Positions 23,699 through 36,106 of a DNA stretch of 64,000 nt are shown here, piece after piece. This DNA comes from Zootoca vivipara (Eukaryota), in NCBI RefSeq assembly GCF_963506605.1, contig NC_083277.1, positions 20,708,001-20,772,000 of the forward strand, in the 5' to 3' direction. Position numbers and translations under genes: made by a program. Within the stretch, counting starts at the first letter, position 1. Each line of letters begins with the position of its first letter. The notes under the pieces are model-generated. The model worked only from the letters and a program-made list of their open reading frames with translations. It was not told where the DNA came from and made no database searches.

Positions 23699-24641
23699 CT
23701 GGAATTCGAAAAGGGGGGAAGGGAGGGAGAGAAAGCTAAAATTACTGACAAGAGCCCAAACTGCAGTTTGCAGCGAACGGTCTGCATGAGTTGCGGCGTC
23801 ACTTTCTCTCGTTTCATCCTATGTGGGAACAGTTAGCAAGAATGCAACGAAATGCAACACACTGTAGTTTCTCGGGATGCATTCACACTTCGCTGGCTCC
23901 TAGATTACTGCACCCATTTAATTTATGCTGGTTACATGTCACTTTGAGCTTCTGACAACTGCTTCTCACTGTTCTTTTCATAATCGATTTCATGGCTATC
24001 CCCCAAGGGCTTGGTCAAATGGGAGGATGAATTTAAAAAAGGGAGGAGGACAAACTAGGTTTCACTCTGCGGCCAGATCAAAGAGGGAGCCATTTATTTA
24101 TGTTGCTCATATTACAGAATGAAGCAGCAGCAAGAATGATTAGAAGGGGGTATTCCTTTATTAGCTAATCCTCAAACTCAGACTTGATCATCAAAGAGTG
24201 AATATTGCAGCAGTCATAACTGGATCAGATAAAAACAATGGAGAAACAGTTGTAAGCAAGCATATCAACAAAGCCACAACTCATTCATATGGGAACTCAT
24301 TCATTAAAGTTATGTGACCTACAGTATATTAAATGCATGTTTATTAGCCGCACATCTCCAGCTCCCGTTTGAGACACTTTGTGCCCAGTTATATCTTGTT
24401 GATCTACCAAACAATGTTAACAAGTCTCCAGCATTGGATAATATACATGGGCTTCTACATATCGATACACTTTTATTGACAGCAATGTATGTTGTATGTT
24501 AAGTGAGCTTAGGTACATGGAATCTAATTGTGATCCGTGGAGACACTTGTACAAGTTAGGCCCACTTATCTGCCAATGGCAAAAGAAGCTGTTCCCTCTC
24601 AGAGGTCTCTGGATTTGCAGTTTCCAGCAGTTACCTTAATT

Positions 24642-24777
24642 TAGGCATCCCCAAACTTTGGCCCTCCAGATGTTTTGGACTACAATTCCCATCTTCCCCG
24701 ACCACTGGTCCTGTTAGCTAGGGATCATGGGAGTTGTAGGCAAAAACATCTGGAGGGCTGCAGTTTGGGGATGCCTG
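24642..24777. mobile_element. hAT-type MITE
   Basis: TIR AGGCATCCCCAAACT; TSD CCTT(A/G)ATT. Confidence 0.8.
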
Positions 24778-25848
24778 CCTTGATTACATCAGCACTGCAG
24801 GATGGCAAGTGGACACTAGATCAGCTATTGCAGCAACTATATACCATCCTGTTCTACAAAAAAAAAAATTGCTCTACATCAGGGTTGGGGAACCTGTGAC
24901 CCTCCCTGATTTTGGACTCCAGCTCCCATTGACTCAAGCCAGCATAGACAATGTTCAGGGGTGATGGGAATTGTAGTCCAGCGACATATGCAGGGTCACA
25001 AGTTTCCCCATCTCTACAGGGTAAGACATGTTGAGAGCAACTAAATATATTTCAGGTAAAAGGGGAGAAGCACAAGGCCCGATCTTTTGGATAGTGAAGA
25101 GCTGAGCAAGCAGCTCAGCACAGTATTGGGTGCTTTCTGTGAGACAGTAGGGCAGCGAGGCTGGTTTTGATCTCAGGGCAATTACATACATTACCAACAA
25201 ACTCATTTATGGTTTGGAATATAGCTCAAAAGAACCCTCCAACTTGCACATCCTGTTTAGAGCCCAAGAGAGCTACCTTTCTGCTAACAGAATTCCCCAA
25301 GATGTGCAAATGTCCCAACCGCACTTGTAAAAAGGTTAAACTTATGAACCAGAAGCTTATCTAATTCATTTCCCAAGTCAACTAGGCTTGGAAATCACAG
25401 AGAGCTTTCTGGATACACAAGACCTTTCTGCTTGAAAGTAAAAAGGCAACCTCTTTCCAGAGCTGGTAGCTTGGTTAGCCATACTCTTAAAACAACACAG
25501 TTCAGGGTAACTTTCAAGAACTGACGATAATACCAGAGAACTAATCCTTTACTCTGCAGATTAAACCCTACAGATCCTGGCCACCACTGCTGTACAACTG
25601 GCAGCAGAAGTGCATTTCACTGCTTCCTGCGGCAAAATCTCAAAGATCCGACCAGATCCAAAGAAGTGTACGAGGTCAGGATCGTAGCTTTACGCCAGAA
25701 TTTTATTACTGAACCCACAAGAGCCACTTCTCTTGTGCAGCGGCACTACATGAACCAGCAGAGAGCAGGCAAGGAGGCAAGAACTAGTCTCTGGGGAACT
25801 ATACAAGGAGTTTTAGCATCAAGCATGCAGGAACAGTCCGTTACTCAC

Positions 25849-25912
25849 GTGTTTGGATGAGGCAGGCTGAACTTGTGCTTCCACTAGCAACTGGACAGAA
25901 TTGGAATTGTGC
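25849..25912 (-). CDS. ARIH2: ARIH2 coding exon 3: HNSNSVQLLVEAQVQPASSKH
   Basis: cttcAG and GTGAGT boundaries, 64 bp, frame-consistent. Confidence 0.93.
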
Positions 25913-26895
25913 CTGAAGGAAGAGTTAAAACTTCAAATCAGCACAGAACCATAGCTGCAGAGCTGATGAAACAAGAGCTACAGATTTCAGCGGGAAACGT
26001 CTACATTCATAATTTTATTCAGCATCACAGCCACCAAGGAAAGCAGGTCATTATGATAAACAAAGTATAAGGTTGGGGGGGGAATCCTGTCCCAAACCAA
26101 GGCCATGCACGAAAAGGCCGATTTGAAAATTTCAATTTACGTAAATAGTAGTGTCTTCAGCATCAAATGCTAATGAGCAAAAAAGAGTTGCAACCAATTA
26201 AATTTGTGTAGAAGTATAACTGAGATACAATAGGATTTGGCATTAAGATCAGGGCACCAGGGAAGTTTTTGTTTGTTTGTTTGTTTCAGTGAAGCTTGTA
26301 TGATCATAAGATTGGTAAGCAACAATTATGTAGTAACAATTTATTAGCCGAAGTGATTATATTATGGCTGTAGTAGCTTTTGGAGTATTTTTATATAACT
26401 TTTATTATATTAATGAAATTTATTATTTATATCAGCAGGGCCTTATTGTTTTAAAATGTTTATAGGCGGTATATTGAACAGATGTTAATTGTTTTGTGTG
26501 TTTGGCCTTAACAGCAAAATGTATGAAGGATGCATTTTGAAATGGGTGCTTTATGCTAACTACTACTATTCACATAAATTGAATTTCCAAATCAGCGTTT
26601 TTGTGCGCGTTTTTGATTTTTTTACTTTAGCCTACACGTGCACCCCTTGTTTTTTTCCAAACCAAGGCCGGCCAATGAACCATATTCTTCATCAGCCATG
26701 GATCATTATCCCTTTTTTCAATTTTCAAAGTAGCCAGCATCTGCTTACTTGAAAATTAAATCCCAGTGTGCAATACCAAGTGTTCATAGGATTGCAACTC
26801 TGGAAACGGCTCAAAGAAAAAGAAAATATGATACTCCAAGGGCAGTGAAAAGAAAACCACAGTAATAATGCTCCACAGCTTGAAGACGTGCTTAC

Positions 26896-26963
26896 CTTTC
26901 CAAAATTTCTGATATTTGCCAGTGGAAGCTAACTAATACAAGCTTAGCAACTGCATGAGATAC
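26896..26963 (-). CDS. ARIH2: ARIH2 coding exon 2: VSHAVAKLVLVSFHWQISEILER
   Basis: tttAG and GTAAGC boundaries, 68 bp. Confidence 0.95.
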
Positions 26964-27228
26964 CTAAAGAAGGAAAGGGGGAGGGAGAAAAACCAGATTA
27001 AATTAACGTGTCAAACATACCCGCTGCAAGGACATATCTACCTCCCATATCTACAAAACAAGGCCAATTTGTATTTTCGCAATGCTACCAACATTCCCAA
27101 GGAAAAGCAAAGATCTACCCCTCTCAAATGTTCTTCCCCTTAGCCACCATATTACTTAGTTTTCCACTTATGTCTCAAGACCAAGAACAAAAACATGGGC
27201 AGGATTCAACTAACGGGTCCCACTAGCG

Positions 27229-27364
27229 CAGGGTTTCCCAAACTTGGGTCTCCAGCTGATTGTGGACTACAATTCCCATCATCCCTGACAACTGATCCTG
27301 CTAGCTAGGGATGATGGGAGCTGTAGCCCAAAAACAGCTGGAAACCCAAGTTTGGGAAATCCCG
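27229..27364. mobile_element. hAT-type MITE
   Basis: TIRs plus a perfect 8-bp TSD CACTAGCG. Confidence 0.85.
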
Positions 27365-27884
27365 CACTAGCGAAAGCCCCTTACTCCAGATTTGATAACT
27401 GAAATATTGGAAGAATTATGCAAGCAGAAGAATGCATTTCATAAGGTTGACTGTGCCAAGCAAACTTAATAGCTCTGCCCAAGACTCCATTGATTCAAGT
27501 GACATTCAAGGGAGAATTAAGTTCTCTGCAATGAGTGGTTTAAACAGGCTTCATATTACAGTGTACTTGCAGGGTTATATCTGCACAGATTTGGGCACCA
27601 GTTCCTCTCATAGGAGGTAGGTGCCTGCAAAATTGATTTAGCAGGAATTAATAGGCAATGGAAGACGTTTTTGCTTCTCCAGGTTCTTCCTCATGCACTG
27701 AAACAGGAACAGGGCCCAGAGAAACATCACTGTGGTTTCTTTTAGTTCCTCAGTCTCCTTACAGAAAAGCACGCCACAACTTGCACCTCAATTTCACTCT
27801 CAAAACCATTCCTCCCTGTTTCTCCGGATGTTGCGACATTCAGAAGAATGAGTAAGTGAAAATTACTCTGTTTAATACAACCTA

Positions 27885-28220
27885 GGGGACCCAGGTGGCG
27901 CTGTGGGTTAAACCACAGCGTCTAGGGCTTGCTGATCAGAAGGTCGGCGGTTCGAATCCCTGCAAAGGGGTGAGCTCCTGTTGCTCGGTCCCAGCTCCTG
28001 CCCACCTAGCAGTTCGAAAGCACACCAAAGTGCAAGTAGATAAATAGGGAGCGCTCCGGCAGGAAGGTAAATGGAGTTTCCGTGCGCTGCTCTGGTTCGT
28101 CAGAAGCAGCTTTGTCATGCTGGTCACATGACCCGGAGGCCTATAGAGCGAGATGAGCGCCGCAACCCCAAAGTCGGACACGACTGGACCTGATGGTCAG
28201 AGGCCCCTTTACCCTTTACC
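27885..28220 (+). mobile_element. Sauria SINE
   Basis: GGTGGCGCTGTGGGTTAAACC...GGTTCGAATCC head, (ACCTTT)n-like tail, TSD TTAATACAACCTA. Confidence 0.92.
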
Positions 28221-28388
28221 TTAATACAACCTATCTGTAGGGAAAATATATTTTTTTTTATTGTAACCGTTATCAGCAGCAATTCACAATTCAAAACTAG
28301 AGATTAACTGGCAAATTGTTGACCATGTGGGGAAAGGGCAGCCATAAAGATGAGCAGCAACTGAGCGACTGGACGTGTGTTGGTTGTT

Positions 28389-28426
<38 letters not shown>
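28389..28426. repeat. (CTA)n microsatellite
   Basis: Direct read. Confidence 0.95.
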
Positions 28427-29220
28427 TCAGCATTTGTCAGTTGCTTTATACAAAATACAGTAAAGGCTCAAAGAAAATTAAGAGAAAATGCAAATAGATA
28501 AAATCAGTTAAAAGCTGGAAAATTTTTAAACACAATGTCCAATAACAAAACTCTTAAAATGCTCATGCAATAACACAATAAGCAGGACACGCTCTACCCC
28601 ACCCTAGAGGCTACCTTAACTACCAAAAGTCTGGGTAAATAGAAATGTCTTCGTCTGGTGGTTTGCGTGCTGTTATGCAGAGACAGGATCCATAGGGCAG
28701 GATTCAGCAGTTGCACTTTTTGCATGGCTTCCGTGACATTTGTGCATGACATTTTTTGCTGAGGTTGTCTTGGGTTTGTTGCACTCGATAGCAGGTGGCT
28801 TTGTTTTCTTGTTAGAGGATAAAACCAACAAAATATATGCAAATACTATTTATAAGTGAATGGCAAATTTTTGTTAGCTTGTTTTTAGATCCATTTTGAA
28901 TTGTTTAAAAAGATGGCAACATTTGTATTATGTATTTTATTATGCAGGGTTACTTATTTATCAGCTTTTAAATATTTATATTTCTTGCATGTTTTTAAGT
29001 TGTGCCTGGTTTTAAACTATGCTGTGAGCTGCCTTGCTTTTGAGTCCTGCCCTGGGAGAAAGGTGGGATATTAAATAAATAAATAAATAAAATGCAATTT
29101 TATAATTTTAACTTATGAAAGTATTTACGTCACCCTTTCACAAAACATCACAGTAGTATAAAAAAAACTTTAAAGGCAGTACAGCCTATTTCTATGGGTT
29201 GTAAACCATATTTGAGTATA

Positions 29221-29506
29221 CAGTGGTGCCTCGCTAGACGAATTTAATTCGTTCCATGGGTCTTTTCTTATAACGAAAAATTCGTCTAGCGAATCCCATA
29301 GGAATGCATTGAATTTTTTTGAATTTTTTTTTTGCCCATAGGAACGCATTAATTGAATTTCAATGTATTCCTATGGGAAACCGCGATTCGCTAGACGATT
29401 TTTTCGTAAAACGAATTCGTCTAGCGAGGCAACCTCCACTAGAAAAAAACCTTTCATTAAGCGGAAATTTCATTAAGCAGGGCATTCATTCAGCGAGGCA
29501 CCACTG
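29221..29506. mobile_element. Tigger-like MITE (same family as 22662-22943)
   Basis: TA|CAGTGGTGCCTCGCT ... AGCGAGGCACCACTG|TA. Confidence 0.88.
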
Positions 29507-32500
29507 TAGTACTAGAGTAAAAATGCAAAAAATGAAGTGACCATTTGTTCCTAACAAATAGGGATGAAGATGATTTTTCTCCAGCTGCTGCTTACACTCT
29601 TTCTGAGCCCAAGTGCTTACGTCATGGAACAAATTAAATGTCAGCATGACAACCATTTCTGCAGTTTGACCACTTGTGCACAAATGCTCATCAGCCTATT
29701 AATTCAGAGTAGAGATGGGTTCTCGTTTTAGTCTTGCCGGCATTCAATCATAGGTCCATTTTGTCCTGTTTTGCTTCATGCACAAAAGGTCTGCCTTTGA
29801 AGTGTATGCATTTAATGTAATTGTACACCCTAACTTGACACACAGCAGGAAAAAATATGTGTTTGTTTCAGGATGCTTTAGTTTTTAAATTGTGGGTCTA
29901 TTTACTGCCCTGGGCTTCTTCGGGAGGAAGGGCAGAATATAAATTTAATAAATAAAATAAAAATAACATGAAATATGTCAACTGCCAACAATGCCGCTCT
30001 GCATTCTATGTAAAAGCATGAATGGGCACAAATCTTTAAACAGAAATGGAATAAAAAAAAAAAACCAGCAGAAGAACATTTCAGCTTCCCTAGATGCTAT
30101 AATGTCACTAACTTTAAGGTGACCAGCCTTGAACAAAGGAACTTCAGAAGGGAACTGCAATGTGAAACTACTGAATTCAACACATCAAGAGGTTCAACCC
30201 TATTACTTATGGACTGAAACCACACTGCATGTGTTAATTGGCTTACCAATAACAAGATGCCTGTTGTTAAACACTGCTTTCTGTGAATGGCGGCTATTAA
30301 TAACATAATTAACACAGTCTGTCATTTTCTGCATTCCATTACAAAAAAACCCCAGCCATGTGTGTTTAAGAAAGCTTGTGCCATAACACAATACAATACA
30401 GGGCAATACAGTCTAAGACTGTGGCATTCTGCTTGTGCATAGAGGACGTCCCCTTCCTCTCCCTCCTGCAGCCCCGCAAACATGCTCTGTAGGGATGGAT
30501 GCTCAGAGCCAGTTGTGGAGGCTACAGGGGGAGGAGGAAGAACTTGCACCCACTGCCTTCTGATCTCACCCCTAGACTTTAAAGGTGCCATAAGACTGTT
30601 ATGGCAGTGCTGCAAAAGACAAAAATAGCTACTCCTCTGGAAAATGTGCTTCCCCTGGTCTCCACATGCTACAAAGATCCAACTGCTGTGAGACAAAAAC
30701 TTTACTTCTTGCAAATCCACAAGAGTGGTAGCCTTAGGGATCCATGAATCAAAAGAGAAGTAGGATGGATTTTGAACTGCCTCTGTACACTTGTCAAACA
30801 AGGAGGAAGTGAAAGGTATCAAAGTAGCTTTTGTGCAAATATAGCTACGCAAGATTGCCCGGTAAGTGGTTACCCCTGGGAAGAGGCTCAGGTCTTCCTG
30901 ATAGCACTATATTCAGGCTTGCCAAGGAAACACACCAGACATCCTGATACTTTGCCTTACGAGACATTAATTTTTTCTTTATGCAGTGTGACCACAGCAT
31001 ACCAAAACAAGGGCTAAGATAATGGAAAAAGGAAAGATCTCTTTTAAATGCTAGAACAAGAATAATTGTTGGCTACCACTATTGCAGTGACAAATCGCGT
31101 TGCTTTAAGTAAGAGGGGTGGGGCAAAAGGAATTGGGATGTGCGGTAGGGGGGGGGAATAATGAGCTGGCTCTGTTGCTGCAAAGAGAAAGATAGGGAGG
31201 GCATTGAGGAGCAGCGGCAAAGCATTGGTGGTAGCTGTTGACCAGACCTGCCAAGAGCCCCCACATGGCTGATGCAGACCCTGTTTCCAACGCGACAAAT
31301 AAAGCAGCCAACCAAGGCAGGTCTCTGAAGGACCAATTTGGCAGCACAACACACTAGAAGCAGTCACAAAAGGATTAGCTCAGGATTATCAAAACTGTTT
31401 AGGTGACCATAATCACAGTACGGTTTAAGCACTGCTAAGAATAATTGCTCAAGGTATCGAAGGTGACATGGCGCTAATTGCAAAGCGTGACACGTTTGTA
31501 ATTAGGAGGCTCCCTGGATTCAATGGAGGCTGCTCATATAATGATATCCAGAATACCATTTAACCAAATGGGAAGTGAGCCTGGCTAAAAAGCACCAACT
31601 CCAATTAATAGAGGACTCTTTTTTGCAGGCTGGAGAAAAGCAAGACAGCACACTAAAACCATTCCCAGAGTTTACAACTGCTTGATTTCTCCACCGTGAA
31701 TTGCCTCAAACTTGGCTTAGCCTAGAAATATATCCTCTTTCCTACTGAAGGGGATGCAGCGTGACAATGCGTTTGAAGAGCACAATGTCAATTAAGAATC
31801 CAGGTTATTTCTGCTGTCAAATCTAGACGGCAGTTCAAAAATTGAGGAAAACCAGCTTCTAAAGAGCAAATAAGATTCCACAATGAAACTATGAACTTTA
31901 ATAAGTGTGGAAGAGGGCCATGCATCCATTAGCACACCTTCAGAGAATTCAGAGCTGCACCGTCCTTTCCAGGAACTTGCAGGCACTTTATGTGCACATA
32001 CAGAACAAGACTGGCATTCTCAATTATGTCTTGATAAGCTTCACAGAATTTATTGTGTCCAGAGTTTCATTTGGTTCATTTAGCCTGGTGAATCTGAGGT
32101 TTCAAGTGCCCATAATGCTGTTAAAAGACAGAAACCTATTCCGTGCATTACTTTCTTGGTGATAAGTGTTGTTAGTGGCTTTAAGTTCACGGCAGTCCAC
32201 TACTATGTGTCACGATTATGCCAGTTGGCTTGCACCAAGTGTCAAATGCTGGCTTCTGCTCAGAAATTGAACTCAGCTCTGAGCATCTGCAAAAGGGCTT
32301 GAAAGCTTCTGGATTACGGCTACCGCCCAAGCATTATTAACCAAATACTTACAGAAGATTATTGTTCTCTTCCCTTCAGCACGTATAGAAATTGTCTCTC
32401 CCCCCCCCCCCCCGAGGAGCAATTAGTCACTGGTACAGCAGCAGGCAACAGCGCCCACCTCTAACAATCCATTTGTCATGGTAATTATAGGATTTCAGGA

Positions 32501-32921
32501 GACCCAGTCTGCTTCTCCTGAAGTCTATGATTATTTCTCCTTAAGATGCACAACACATTATCAAATTTCTGAACTGGAACTTTTAATGTGTCTTTTCTCC
32601 ATGTACTCACTTGGAATCTATTTTAGCTCCACAGTTATTTGCATATCATCTTGGGCTTCCTCTTTTGCAATAACTTCTGGGGCCAAATGTGCAATGCAGA
32701 AGTAAGACCCAATTATGATGCAACGAAGAACGACAAATAAAGTGCTTTCCAGTTGCACTGAGAACTTTTAAGCAACCCAATACGAAGCTCAGATCAAGAG
32801 CTACCATTTTGCTTAATGCAAGCTAGCACAGTATAACACTTTGCCTTATTTATTCTAGATTTTATCCCGGGGGAGCAGCATGGGCATCACTGCCTATATA
32901 AAACAGCCAGTAACTTCAGGC

Positions 32922-33045
32922 TCTCGAAGCTACGAACATGAGTTTGACCAAACTGCGGGAGGCAGTGCAAGACAGTAGTGCCTGGAGTGCTATGGTCCAT
33001 GGGGTCACGAAGAGTCGGACACGACTAAACGACTAAACAACAACA
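32922..33045 (+). mobile_element. BovB 3' end fragment
   Basis: Matches the 3' end of the 19249-20560 copy; (CAA)n tail; TSD AACTTCAGGCTC. Confidence 0.85.
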
Positions 33046-33535
33046 AACTTCAGGCTCACAACCTACACATCACCCTTCCATTTTCCTAATGCCCCTATAA
33101 ATGATTTCTCATTCTGGTTTGGCCCCAGCTTCTCCATGCAATATGGTGAATGTGGGAGCTTGGTTTGATAGATCTCTTAGCACAGGTGCAATTGACTTTT
33201 TTTCCTCCTTTGAGATGCTTTGCAAAAGAAAAGGGTCTTGCAGTTGACCGGAGTTTATACCAACTGCAATATTGCATTTTACAGCAGTCATTTTAGAAAG
33301 GGCTGAAATGGCAGTGGCAAGTGAAGAGGAGACGCATTTGCAAAGATGTTACTACAGATAAGGAGATTAGCACTGAAAGACCATGGGAAGAAATGAGAGC
33401 CATAGTATGAACAGTGACCAAAAGGGAGAGAACTCCTACCCCAAATCCCATTTGACCTTAAGCCTAGAACAGACACCACCACAAAAATATACAGCACTGA
33501 GCACTAGAAACTTTTTTAAACAAGAAGTGTTAAGT

Positions 33536-33670
33536 CAGGCATAGGCAAACTCGGCCCTCCAGATGTTTTGGGCCTACAACTCCCATGATCCCTAGCTAAC
33601 AGGACCGGTGGTCAGGGATGATGGGAATTGTAGTCCCAAACATCTATAGGGCAGAGTTTGCCTATGCCTG
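33536..33670. mobile_element. hAT-type MITE
   Basis: TIR CAGGCATAGGCAAACTC; TSD (T/C)GTTAAGT. Confidence 0.85.
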
Positions 33671-33907
33671 CGTTAAGTACTAGGAAGTCAGTAAAGGAGA
33701 GTGCCTATGGGTATTAAAGTACTTGTGCTCTGTGAAAGGGGGCACACACACAAAGTGAAACTGGAAACACAGCCACCCCAGATCCACAGCAGTTTTGGTC
33801 ATTTTTTCACTTACAGCTCTGATGGCAGACCAAGCGATTCAAGTTTTCCTTGTCCGTTTTGCAGCCCTTAAAGGTGCACCTTCATCGCATGCCACAGTGC
33901 TGCTCAC

Positions 33908-34156
33908 CTTTAATGCAGAGGCCAAGCTGACCATGTGCTCATTCAGGGTACTCTCCGATTCCTTGTAAGTCAGGCAGCTAAATTGATATTCCTCAGGGTC
34001 AAAGGCATCTGCTCCCTGTTGCTCCACGTCATTTGCCACCCCCACATAGTAATCCTCAATGTCCCCAGGCTCTTCGTCCTCTTCCTCCTCATCACAGTTT
34101 GGATCATAGTCCTCTTCATTGCTGTCAGAGCCCTGGCTGTTCATGTCCACAGACAT
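33908..34156 (-). CDS. ARIH2: ARIH2 (ariadne RBR E3 ubiquitin ligase 2) first coding exon; the exon including 5'UTR probably starts at 34253
   Basis: [21 protein letters not shown]...LASALK then GTGAGC. The 14 exons sum to 1473 nt = 490 aa + stop. Confidence 0.97.
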
Positions 34157-35207
34157 CTTAGTGCTCAGCCAAACTGCGGAGCAGGAGCGTAGAGTCCGTT
34201 TCTTTTTCAACAACTCTTATTGCTCTGTTGACTTCATTCGACTTCTCTGCCTCCTAAATTTGGGGCAGGGGCGGGGGGGGGGGAGAGGAAAATATATGAG
34301 TAAGTTTAATGCCTGCAAATAACCTGACAAGAACAACAGAATTCATATGGGGGGCAGGGCGGGAATTCAACAAAGTTAAAATAGTAAGTAGCGATGTTCA
34401 TACGCAATGAAGGCAGACCACTTTTTTTTGGTAAGACACCGAATGCTTATGCCCAGGTCGCTTCAGGAGTCATGTTCAGATTCCTGCTCCATGCCACACT
34501 CCCCCTATTCAGTCTACCTCACAGGGCTCCTCCAGCTGCTGAAAATCTGAGCAGGAAAAGAACTGCAACAGACTTGGTCCTCTGAAAAGTGCCACAGAAA
34601 TATATAAGGGGGCGCATGGTCTCCCAGTTCTCCATCTTCTGTCTTAATTGCACATGTTTGTATTTGTTTCAGTCTGTCCCTTGTTTTCTAACAGAGAGAA
34701 AGTCAGCTTGCAAAAATCAAAAACCGTACACTACACCATACAGATGCAAATAGCCCAATTTAAAATAATCAAAACATTTTTTAAAAAATCTTAACGGCAG
34801 ACATTCAAATTGCCCACCTAGAAGTGTTAAGGGTTTCCAACTCTCATGAAATTATTTCACAAAGGACAAAAAGTCCTTCTAAAGGTCTTCTAAACCTAAC
34901 TCCATTTCTGATCCTTCTAAAGGAGTGGAGTGGGCTGACCAGAGGCACAGTGGGGGCCATACATCTGATGGTAGCAGCACCCTCCGCTGTCTCTCATCGG
35001 ATGAGCTGCAAAAATGGGAAGAGAACACAACGGAGAAAGCATTCCTTCAGGCCATGTACGCATAACTTTATGGATCAAAGTTAACACTCTGAGTAGTGCT
35101 TCAAAAGTAAGTGGGGCAGCTCACGGACGATCAGTAAAATATGATCTAGCCACTGCATGCTGGAGTAGTCGAAGTTCCTCAACAGCCTTCAAAGACGGCC
35201 CTGTGTC

Positions 35208-36106
35208 TATAGATGGTATTTGACCCCGGTAAAGTTAGCTAAGATTTATCATAAACAAGATAATAAATGTTGGAAATGTAAAAATCAAGAAGGAACCTTC
35301 TTCCACATGTGGTGGACGTGCCCCCAAGTGAGAGACTTCTGGGAAAAGATTTATAATTAATTGAAAAAAGTGTTGAAAAACACCTTTGTTAAGAAACCAG
35401 AAGCCTTCTTACTCGGGATAATTGGAGATGAAATACCTAGGAAGGACGTTGCTTTTCTTCTGTATGCCACAACAGCTGCAATAATTTTAATTGCAAAGAA
35501 TTGGAAGAATGAAGAATTACCAACAGTGGATGAATGGCAGGCGAAGTTGATAGAATACATGGAACTGGCTGAGTTGACTGGGAGACTTCGGGATTGGAGT
35601 GAAGAAGCAGTGGAAGAAGATTGGAAGAAATTTAAAGTTTATTTAAAGAATAAGAGTATAATAGAATAGAATTAATGGAAGTGAGGGAGATATAAAGAGG
35701 TTGTAGATAATACAATGGTAAGAGATAAGTATTGTTAGAATTAGATATAATTGAGTAAAAAGAAAGGATATAGTTGGGAATGTACAATATTAAGAATTAA
35801 AAGGTATAGAAATAAGTTAGTATTAAGTAAAATTTAGAGATGTAAGATTTAGAAATTACTAAAGATGATTTATAATGGAACGCAGAAAGAGGAGGAATGA
35901 GGAAGTCAATAGATTAGAAATAAGGTTTAAAAGTGAGAGTTTTTGATTTTGCTTTTTAATTTTGTGTTTTTTTTGTATGTTTGTTGTTTTTTGTATTTTG
36001 TATTTTGGCAGTTTTATATATTGTGTAGAGTGTGTTTTGTAGTTGTATGTTGTTGTTGTTATAAAATCCTAATAAATATATTGTAAAAAAAACAATACAA
36101 AAAAAC
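35208..36106 (+). mobile_element. L1-clade LINE 3' fragment (ORF2 C-terminus, 3'UTR, A-rich tail)
   Basis: YRWYLTPVKLAKIY...CWKC...HMWWTC zinc knuckle with one in-frame stop; AATAAA then A tail; 17-bp TSD AAAGAC(G/A)GCCCT(G/A)TGTC at 35191 and 36107. Confidence 0.9.

Noticed and set aside
34157-34213. N-terminal extension of ARIH2 (MLKKKRT...)
   Set aside because: The start is a non-ATG codon; the recognised ARIH2 N-terminus begins MSVDMNSQ at 34156.
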